Shown here one piece after another: positions 14,521-21,735 of a stretch of 21,735 nt of DNA. Position numbers and translations under genes: made by a program. The notes beneath the pieces are model-generated. The model was not told the origin of the DNA, ran no database searches, and saw only the letters and a list, made by a program, of their open reading frames with translations. The stretch's first letter is position 1. Every line of letters starts with the position of its first letter. Source of the stretch: a candidate division WOR-3 bacterium (lineage in GTDB: Bacteria; Hydrothermota; Tepidihabitantia; Tepidihabitantales; JAOUPE01); assembly GCA_039801565.1 (NCBI GenBank), contig JBDRUX010000034.1, positions 1 to 21,735 of the forward strand, written 5' to 3'.

Positions 14521-16392
14521 TTATTTAGATTTGACAAACTTTTCCGTTAGGACATATTGCTTGCTTGTAAGTCGTAAGAAATAAACCCCGGGTGCAAAGC
14601 CACTGATTGGCAATTTTATAGTCCCATCATTGTCGGATAGAATCAAATGGCGATAAAGTTTCCCGGAGGTGTCATAAATTTTTAAAGCGATGTGACCTTT
14701 TTGTGTTGGTGGGTATTTAATGTTAAGAACTGTTTGTCCAGGGTTAGGCGCGATAGTCAAAAATGGAATTTTTAAGAATTGGGCGACTTTAAAATCTAAA
14801 TTACTTTTTTCGAGCATTATCGGCCCTGGGGAATATTGCCAAAATTCATTGGTGTTATTACCCTTTAAAGCAAAGACCCTGCCTCGGGCAAATGTAAGTG
14901 CACCACCGTTTTTAACCTTGCGGTTATTTGGACCGAGTGGTAAATCGGATTTTTGAATCCAGGTGTCTTCACTTATTGAATAACGCCAAAATTCTTGAGT
15001 GTTGCCACCTTTTATAGCATAGATAAAGTTACCACCATCATAACAAATTGCCGCACCATCTTTTGCCCGTTTCTTTTTGTTACTTCGTCCGTAAAGAGGT
15101 AAATTGGCAAGCGGTGTCTTTAACCAAGTATCCGCGATTAAATCATATTGATATAATTCGTTCTGATAGGATTTAAAGACATAGAGAAAGTTGTTAACCT
15201 TGACCAAACCACTGCCAACTTTAAAACCTTTGCCTTCCGGACCAAGTGGCGCTAAAGGAAGATTTGTAAGCCAGGAATTACTCTCGATGTGATAAGCATA
15301 AAAATCCGTCGTCTTACTCCCTTTTAAGAGATAGATATAATGGTCAGGGCCTTTAGTGACAAACGCCAGACCGGTGCCACCCTTTAACTTTTTACCACTC
15401 GGCAATTCGGGAACCGAAGGAAGTTGTTGCCAGATGGTATTCGATGAATCACCTTTTGCGTCGTAGCGCCAGAATTCAGTGGTGTTGTTGCCTTTAGTCG
15501 CATAAATATATCGACTGCCATCGTAACAAAGCGACGCACCACCTTCCACATATTTCTTTCGGATTGTATCATAAGGAATAGATTCCTTTTGTACCCATTC
15601 TTTAGAGTTAAGAGAGTAGGCGAAGAATTGATTTGTGTTATTGCCTTTTAAGCCGTAGATTGCATTTTGGTCTGAAACGTAAATAAGGCACCCGCCACTT
15701 TTCACACGCTTTTGGGGATACCCGAGTGGCATATCGTTCAATTGGACCCAGGAATCGCCAATCACTTCAATCGTCCCAATCAAAGTATCATTGAGGTGAT
15801 TATTGTCAAAAGCCAAAGCCGTCCAAAGTTTAAAGGGATATGAACCAAAAGTTGCATTCCAAATTTGGGTGAAATTAACAATTACTGAATCTTCCGGCGG
15901 AATCGTCACCCAGACCGAATCCAAGTAAGATGGTTCAATGATTAAATAAGTTTTAAAAGTTTCAAAAACATCGCCATAGTTTTTCACAAGCGCCTGAGGC
16001 AAAATTGAGTCTTCCGGTAAAGAACGCAGTTGTGGCGTCAGCAAACAGGACGGCCCAACATCGTGCTTCGGTATGCTAGTTGGTAGATATTTAAAATAGA
16101 TTTCCCAGTTGCCATCCCGATAATCTTGCCAAGCTAAATAGATTCGGTTTTCATCAATTGTTACGGAAGGGTTACGGGCAATTGCTCCAGCAATTGGATT
16201 CTCAGATTGCCAACTTAGTCCGTGGTCAGAACTAAGGGTATAGTAAATCTTTGGTTCACCTTCCCGATGGTCTTCCCAAAACACGAATAAAGTGTCAGAC
16301 CGGGCTGTAATTTTTGGATTCCAGGCGCCAACTGGACTTGATGAGACTTGAGTCATTGCTGACCAGCTCTCTCCATTATCAGTGCTGCGCAT
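14521..16392 (-). CDS. C-terminal part of a secreted modular protein: Asp-box repeats, CARDB-like domain, Kelch-type propeller, T9SS-type-A-like/Ig C-terminal domain
   Basis: STDNGESW and SSDHGLSW Asp-boxes; DVG....P..P.A.VKNYG domain; six KG.NT.EF-type blades; PNP...LKIYD.SGKL...GVYFLRL...KFVK. In frame with 16405-18162 across one TGA. Confidence 0.8.
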   Translation of the reverse strand: MRSTDNGESWSAMTQVSSSPVGAWNPKITARSDTLFVFWEDHREGEPKIYYTLSSDHGLSWQSENPIAGAIARNPSVTIDENRIYLAWQDYRDGNWEIYFKYLPTSIPKHDVGPSCLLTPQLRSLPEDSILPQALVKNYGDVFETFKTYLIIEPSYLDSVWVTIPPEDSVIVNFTQIWNATFGSYPFKLWTALAFDNNHLNDTLIGTIEVIGDSWVQLNDMPLGYPQKRVKSGGCLIYVSDQNAIYGLKGNNTNQFFAYSLNSKEWVQKESIPYDTIRKKYVEGGASLCYDGSRYIYATKGNNTTEFWRYDAKGDSSNTIWQQLPSVPELPSGKKLKGGTGLAFVTKGPDHYIYLLKGSKTTDFYAYHIESNSWLTNLPLAPLGPEGKGFKVGSGLVKVNNFLYVFKSYQNELYQYDLIADTWLKTPLANLPLYGRSNKKKRAKDGAAICYDGGNFIYAIKGGNTQEFWRYSISEDTWIQKSDLPLGPNNRKVKNGGALTFARGRVFALKGNNTNEFWQYSPGPIMLEKSNLDFKVAQFLKIPFLTIAPNPGQTVLNIKYPPTQKGHIALKIYDTSGKLYRHLILSDNDGTIKLPISGFAPGVYFLRLTSKQYVLTEKFVKSK

Positions 16393-16404
16393 GAAATAGA
16401 TTTG

Positions 16405-18162
16405 TCAGACTCCAGCCGAATCCGGTTTCCTTGCCCAAACTAAATAAAGATTATTTGTATCGGTCCCGATGATATGTGGGTCGTAGTCATAATAATAGCC
16501 GGCTACTGAATCATCGGTTAACCAAGTTCTAGTCCAAGTGCTTTCATTTACAATTTTCCAATAACTTAAATCCCAGTCACCCGTTCTCTCCCCAAAGCCA
16601 ACGATATGAAAAGCTGCCCCATTATCGCACATTGTTAATGTACCCAATGTTCCGCCGGTGACTCGGATTGAACTGTCGCGCCAGGTTCCACCCTGGTTAC
16701 GAAAATTGAAAAGTAAGCCGTTAAGTGGATAGCCCCGCGCACCCCTTGAACTGTAAGTAACCGCGAACCGATTAGTGCTAACGGCACAAGGAGAAGGAAA
16801 GGTTATCATCGTCGAATCCAGATAACCAACACAATGAATTTTGAAGGTGTTCCCTCCGTCATTACTGACTGCGGTCCAGACTCGCCAGACAAAAGAAGAA
16901 TCGAACTCATGAGTTATTGAATCAATTTCACATCGAACCTTAGCGATGCCGATAGCGGATACAATAATGCTATCACCCGCTGCAATCTTTGCCGTCATCA
17001 TTATTGAATCCTGCGGGAAAGCGAAAAGGACTCGAGTTGGCTGCCAGGTTAAGCCGTGGTCAGTGCTTTGGCGATAAAAAATCTTCCAATAGTTTTGACT
17101 GTTATCGGACCAAACAAGATGGAGTCTCCCCGCATTGTCAATCGCGATATCCGGGGCACGAGAGAAACTGAGATTGTTACTCAAATTCCATTCGTGCGAT
17201 AGTGGCGCAGCAATCGGGTTAATTCTTGGTTTAGACGGGCGGAAAGTTGGCAAAAACATCTCGGTCATAACATTACCTTCAGCCAAAGGAGTTGGCAAGC
17301 CTAAGATGTAACCGACGGTGGGAGCAATATCAATATGATTGCGGGGAGTAGTGATAACACAATTTTGCCTTATTCCGGGACCAATTACCAGAAATGGAAT
17401 ATGCCGACAACCATGGTTCCAACTGCCATGCCCCCGCCAGCCACCATGAGCATCGTCGTGCCGGCCGTGGTCAGTTGTAACTATTAAAATCGTCTTGTTT
17501 CTATAAAATGTATCGGTGTATGGTGGTATCGCCTGAATTCTTTTATATAACTCATAAACAATCGAATCGGCTCGGATGAGGGCATCGACATAAAGCGATT
17601 CGGCTCCACTGTGCCCCGCTTCATCCACCGACCTTAGGTTATAAAGCACCAATTTCGGATGATGAAAAGTTAGGACACTGTCCATCAATCGTGCTGTCAT
17701 CGTATCTTCACCACCCAATACGATAAATCCTCGATATTGTTCACCATAACTTGGGTCAAGCCCAAAATTCATCTGCCCACAATTGCCAACCTTACCAACG
17801 ACACAACCCGTCGTTGATTCCGGAAGACCAAAATACTTGCGATAATACTCTGAGAGGCAAGGTTCTTTAATTCGGACACTGGCAGGAAAACCGCCATTAT
17901 TTGGTAAACACTGATAGACGCCAGAAAACATTGTGGTATGACCAGCCGTAGTAGCAGTCCAACCTAAATTCCAAAACCGAGTATAGATTGTTCCTAATGG
18001 TCTTAAATCATTCCAGATGTGTTTCATATAGAGCGATTCTGATTCAAATGCTTCGTCATTACGGATACCATCAATGCTAACAATAATGACATTTTCTGGC
18101 ACTTGGGCAAAAACCAAACAAGGTAAAATTATAGCAATTACACTTATTATAAGTTTAGACAT
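16405..18162 (-). CDS. N-terminal part: signal peptide + alkaline phosphatase/sulfatase-superfamily domain + BNR/Asp-box propeller
   Basis: IVSIDGIR, T.AGHTT, VDEAGH, TTDHG, HIPF...GPGI, DIAPT....LG; STDHGLTW and SNDGGNTF; SD AAAGGAG; ends mid-repeat at TGA. Confidence 0.85.
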   Translation of the reverse strand: MSKLIISVIAIILPCLVFAQVPENVIIVSIDGIRNDEAFESESLYMKHIWNDLRPLGTIYTRFWNLGWTATTAGHTTMFSGVYQCLPNNGGFPASVRIKEPCLSEYYRKYFGLPESTTGCVVGKVGNCGQMNFGLDPSYGEQYRGFIVLGGEDTMTARLMDSVLTFHHPKLVLYNLRSVDEAGHSGAESLYVDALIRADSIVYELYKRIQAIPPYTDTFYRNKTILIVTTDHGRHDDAHGGWRGHGSWNHGCRHIPFLVIGPGIRQNCVITTPRNHIDIAPTVGYILGLPTPLAEGNVMTEMFLPTFRPSKPRINPIAAPLSHEWNLSNNLSFSRAPDIAIDNAGRLHLVWSDNSQNYWKIFYRQSTDHGLTWQPTRVLFAFPQDSIMMTAKIAAGDSIIVSAIGIAKVRCEIDSITHEFDSSFVWRVWTAVSNDGGNTFKIHCVGYLDSTMITFPSPCAVSTNRFAVTYSSRGARGYPLNGLLFNFRNQGGTWRDSSIRVTGGTLGTLTMCDNGAAFHIVGFGERTGDWDLSYWKIVNESTWTRTWLTDDSVAGYYYDYDPHIIGTDTNNLYLVWARKPDSAGV

Positions 18163-18291
18163 AACTTCTCCTTTCTTATAAGGTCTCTCGCGATTTGGTC
18201 AGGTTATTAAATTTTGCTACTTGTAATTTGAACTATTTAAATAAATTAAACTATTTAAAACTCTCGCCAGTTTTGGTTAAACAAATTCTAA

Positions 18292-21030
18292 TTATCTTGT
18301 AATTATTACCTTTTCACTGGCAACGCAATCCAATGCGGTCATTCGTAAAATATAAATTCCATTAGGCAACAAAAGGGAATTTAAATCCATCGTATATCTG
18401 CCGGGTGCCAACCAATCCTCAAGCAAAACTTTTACCAATCGACCAGAAGCATTGTATAACTTAAAGGTCACTAAAATTGGTTTTGGCTCATTAGAATTTA
18501 ACTGGTAGGAGATTTTGGTCTGCTTTGCCAAAGGATTAGGGTAGACTTTTAAAACAATTGGTCGTGATGTTTTCAAAAACGTTGGTTCTTTTGGTTCTTC
18601 AATTCCGATACTTGAGCCGAAGTTGTAGACGAAAAAGTCAAAAGTCTTATTACCGCGCAGGGCATAGAGATTACCAGCAGCATAGATTAGTGCGCCGCCG
18701 CTCTTCACTTTTTTCCCTTCCGAACTTGCTGGCAAATCATCCAATTGTCGCCAAGTATCTTCAGCTAGGTTATAACGCCAGAAATCACCGGTATTGCCAC
18801 CCTTTAATACATAAACGGAACGGGTTGGCGGATGATAAGCAATTGCCCCACCATCCTTAATTTTTCGTTTCTTGACTTCTCGGCCAATTAAAGGAATGCC
18901 GGGTAAATTTTCTACCCAAGTACCACTACTTAAGTTATAAGCATAAAATTCATTGGAGCCACCTTTAATTGTCCAGAGATAACCCCGGTGAAAATCATAA
19001 GCCAAACCGCTACCGGCTTTAAACTTCTTATTATCCGGGCCGAATGGCGCATCTGGTTTGGTTAGCCAATTACCGTTTTCGACCGAGTAAGCATAAAATT
19101 CAAAAGTGCCATTCCCTTTCAAAAGGTAGACAAAATGTTGGGTCTCGGAAACTGGAACAAATGCCAAACTTGCCCCGGCTTTAACCCTTTTAGCTTTCCC
19201 GCTGGCTGCGATTGGCACCTCGGGCAATATTGCCCAGGAGTCGGTTTGAGTATCGTAGCGCCAGAACTCCAAGGTGTTACCACCCTTCAGCGCATAGATA
19301 AACCGTTCGTTATCATAGCATAATTGTCCGCCGGCCTTTACTCTTTTCTTTTTACCGACCCAAGGGATTGTTTCTTTAGTAGCCCAAGAATTGGATGGGA
19401 TGTCATAGCAATAGAATTCGTTGGTGTTGTTGCCTTTGAAGGCATAGATTGACGCTGGTGGCACATAGACTAACGAGCCGCCAGCTTTCACCGCCTTTGG
19501 TTTAGTTCCTGGACCTTGGGGAAATGATTTTCGAGCCGACCAACCGAGCGGTAAAGTCTCAACTGTAAAAAACCTACTATAGGCATCGTTGGTGCGGTTC
19601 ATATCAGAAACCAAAGCAGTCGAACACTTAACCATAAAATCACCGGGAATTGGTTCCCAAATCGAAAAGGTAATTGCAATTGTCCGACCGGGCAATAGAT
19701 TAGAAACCAACATTGAATCGAAATAGACCAAGTCGCCTTGCCGGAAGATTTGACAGTAAGTGGCAAAACTCTCAGGGAGATTGCCAAAGTTTTTAACCTC
19801 GGCTTTTGGTGTAATTGCTACACGTTGAATCGTATCAATTGGTGAAATTATGCCTATCACTCCCACATCTCGATTGGGCGTACCAGCATAGAAATAAAGC
19901 AAACAAGTATCATTGTTAGGATTTACATCGCCGGATAACTTTGTATAAGCTTTGGCTAAATACTGTCCCTCTCCCGCAATCCAGACCGAAAAACTTAGAT
20001 GGTCAGAGCTACCTGGTTCAAGAGCGATGGAATTACTATCCCGATAAACTCCCATTGCCAAAGAATCGGTTATCACAAAGATTACCGGAGAAATTGCCGG
20101 TGTCGTACCATAATTGGTTACTACAACCTCCGGGATGACTGGACTATGGGGTGAAATAATCTGAGTCGGCGACAAAATTTCCGTAACGCCAAAATCATTA
20201 CTCCGTACCGCTAATGTCCCGGTTAAAAAATTGTTACTAAGATTAACGTCCCCAGCCAAAGCGGTTGAACAACTAACCGGGTGAATACCCCGAACATTAG
20301 CCCACCAATTGGAAAAAGTTAAGGTATCTTCGTTATTAGGCGGAGGGCTTAACATTTCTAAGGTACAAGAATAGAAGGTACCGATTCTAAATATTGCCCA
20401 GTATACCACCAGGGTATTACCTAAATTCTTAATACGGGCACGAGGCGTCACAATCGACCCTGAATCTACGGTATCGGGTAAGCAAAGCTCGAGTACCGCA
20501 ATATCCTTTACCCGACAGAAAATCGTCTTTGCCAATGCATCGTTGGAATTATCTACATCATTAGCTAAAGCAGTACTACATTTAACGGAGAATGTTCCAC
20601 GCGGCAGCCTAATTCGCCACTGATTAAAATTTATCTGAGCAATGGCTTCGGGTTCAAGATTAGTAACTTGTTTAACATCATAAAAACTTAAAGAATCGTC
20701 CCGGAAAATAACTGGGAAAGTCACGGTTGTATCACCAAAATTCTTGACAATAGCTTGGGGTGCGACAACGGTATTGGAATCGAGGGTATCCGGTGGCATA
20801 ACAATTGAAATTACTCCCACATCGGGATAAGAGTAATCACCCCTCACTTCCCCCGGTAAAAAATCTTCCTTTTGGGGATTCAAAGGGGTAAAACCTATTT
20901 GTTTGCCATCCCTAAGAAATTGTGGAAATCCCTTGGTAAAATTTATATTTTCCAATTTGGCAGACCCTGATAGCTCCACGGCTAATATGACTAAGGGGGT
21001 CAAAATTAACCAAAACTTTTTTGTGAACAT
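18292..21030 (-). CDS. Secreted protein: 4 CARDB-like Ig repeats, six-blade Kelch-type propeller, T9SS-type-A-like/FlgD-Ig C-terminal domain
   Basis: Signal peptide; repeats starting DVGVISI/DIAVLEL/DFGVTEI/DVGVIGI, each with V.N.G and D....ND; blades KGNNTNEF, KGGNTLEF, KGNGTFEF, KGGSNEF, KGGNTGDF, RGNKTFDF; VYPNP...LYNASGRLV...GIYILRM; SD AAGGAGG. Confidence 0.88.
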   Translation of the reverse strand: MFTKKFWLILTPLVILAVELSGSAKLENINFTKGFPQFLRDGKQIGFTPLNPQKEDFLPGEVRGDYSYPDVGVISIVMPPDTLDSNTVVAPQAIVKNFGDTTVTFPVIFRDDSLSFYDVKQVTNLEPEAIAQINFNQWRIRLPRGTFSVKCSTALANDVDNSNDALAKTIFCRVKDIAVLELCLPDTVDSGSIVTPRARIKNLGNTLVVYWAIFRIGTFYSCTLEMLSPPPNNEDTLTFSNWWANVRGIHPVSCSTALAGDVNLSNNFLTGTLAVRSNDFGVTEILSPTQIISPHSPVIPEVVVTNYGTTPAISPVIFVITDSLAMGVYRDSNSIALEPGSSDHLSFSVWIAGEGQYLAKAYTKLSGDVNPNNDTCLLYFYAGTPNRDVGVIGIISPIDTIQRVAITPKAEVKNFGNLPESFATYCQIFRQGDLVYFDSMLVSNLLPGRTIAITFSIWEPIPGDFMVKCSTALVSDMNRTNDAYSRFFTVETLPLGWSARKSFPQGPGTKPKAVKAGGSLVYVPPASIYAFKGNNTNEFYCYDIPSNSWATKETIPWVGKKKRVKAGGQLCYDNERFIYALKGGNTLEFWRYDTQTDSWAILPEVPIAASGKAKRVKAGASLAFVPVSETQHFVYLLKGNGTFEFYAYSVENGNWLTKPDAPFGPDNKKFKAGSGLAYDFHRGYLWTIKGGSNEFYAYNLSSGTWVENLPGIPLIGREVKKRKIKDGGAIAYHPPTRSVYVLKGGNTGDFWRYNLAEDTWRQLDDLPASSEGKKVKSGGALIYAAGNLYALRGNKTFDFFVYNFGSSIGIEEPKEPTFLKTSRPIVLKVYPNPLAKQTKISYQLNSNEPKPILVTFKLYNASGRLVKVLLEDWLAPGRYTMDLNSLLLPNGIYILRMTALDCVASEKVIITR

Positions 21031-21048
21031 AAAGCCTCCTTAAATAAT

Positions 21049-21076
21049 ATTGTAACAATTTAAAGAATATAGTCAA
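21049..21076 (-). promoter_or_regulatory. Putative sigma70 promoter (extended -10)
   Basis: TTGACT(21076-21071)-N16-TACAAT(21054-21049), with TGn extension. Confidence 0.65.
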
Positions 21077-21488
21077 GTCTTTTTCGTTAGTAAAGCAATA
21101 GGCGCTTATCAGCGATTAGGGTCGAAAGTTAGAACTCGGGAAATCAAAATAACACATTCAAATACAAAAAGTTGTTCCATTTGAACTTGCTAATTATTTT
21201 AATTTAAGTGAAATGAGTTGTATCCTTAATTTTAAGCGTGTTGTAGTTACCAGTCTATTTAATTAGTATCAGAAAGAACTCTATTTTTTGCCTTGTAGTC
21301 AACTGCCTGGTCAATTTCTAAGCCAATTGCCGGGAAATTTTTCTACGAGAATTACCAAGCATTTTTCCCGGCTAACGGCAAGTCTGATTGTATCATAGCC
21401 TGCGCGTCAGCGTATCTTTTGGACTACCAACTAACTTACCGGTTCGTTTCTGGGTTCATTTTTTGGCTTTTTTAGAAGGCTACCCTTT

Positions 21489-21735
21489 GGTCAAGTAACA
21501 GATTGTCTGCAATTTCATACTCCAACAACTGATTTTTGGGTTTCAGAAATACTATCTTTTCGATCCCATTCTTCTAATTCTTTCATATCCAGATAAGAAC
21601 CCTGACACGACCATTCCATAGTCTGTTCCATCGCTAATGCCGTCATCAGTCTTAAACATGACCGCGGATTCGGAAAGACCCGAATAACCTTACTCCGACG
21701 CCTCAACTCCTGATTGAATCGCTCCAACATATTAG
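21489..21735 (-). mobile_element. IS256-family insertion sequence, right end (partial)
   Basis: Transposase C-terminus followed immediately by a terminal IR (21489-21512) with outward-facing TTGACC. Confidence 0.88.
21515..21735 (-). CDS. IS256-family transposase, C-terminal fragment (cut by window edge)
   Basis: (T)NMLERFNQELRRRSKVIRVFPN..SCLRL...W....YLDM signature. Confidence 0.93.
   Translation of the reverse strand, partial: NMLERFNQELRRRSKVIRVFPNPRSCLRLMTALAMEQTMEWSCQGSYLDMKELEEWDRKDSISETQKSVVGV

Noticed and set aside
16405..16407. Genome-wide UGA=Trp/Gly recoding or selenocysteine
   Set aside because: Many long conserved genes have no internal TGA and use TGG; the position corresponds to Trp, not Cys, in sister repeats.
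2845..20138. Short antisense or alternate-frame ORFs (2845, 3632, 4726, 4910, 7342, 8094, 10503, 13173, 13333, 14720, 15384, 16989, 18558, 19135, 19599, 19941)
   Set aside because: All overlap well-supported genes and show no recognisable motifs.
98..21488. Single-IS circular element or composite transposon
   Set aside because: No target-site duplication between the inner flanks, the outer flanks are not visible, and the cargo includes housekeeping genes.
21077..21488. Gene or ncRNA in the gap before the IS, including a 9-bp inverted repeat at 21329-21337/21364-21372
   Set aside because: Only short ORFs with stops, no recognisable RNA family, and a single short stem is weak evidence. No good -10 pairs with the IS outward -35.

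Overview
Bacterial chromosomal segment, probably candidate division WOR-3 or a relative. This is inferred only from the secreted CARDB-like + Kelch + C-terminal sorting-domain proteins. Both ends are IS256-family termini: a left end at 1-97, and a transposase 3' end plus right end at 21489-21735. The left ~6 kb is accessory. It holds a strictly phased array of 17 degenerate 12-bp palindromic units, an 18-bp perfect palindrome, an extremely small stand-alone DNA polymerase X-like gene (147 aa), a periodic CGAAT/ATTCG hairpin, DUF72, hicBA, a TPR protein, a tandem-domain GxxExxY nuclease, an AT-rich PD-(D/E)xK nuclease pair, and an antitoxin whose RelE-like toxin is truncated. The middle is housekeeping: purN, a Gfo/Idh/MocA oxidoreductase and lnt (apparently ATT start) on +, and arcC, an uncharacterised exported protein, a DUF89 phosphatase, hypC and a lysine-ketoglutarate reductase-like gene on -. 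The right part encodes two large secreted modular proteins, one split by a single in-frame TGA where Trp is expected. The best candidate for a novel system is the repeat array + mini-PolX (+DUF72) locus. All calls come from reading motifs by eye; no searches were run.
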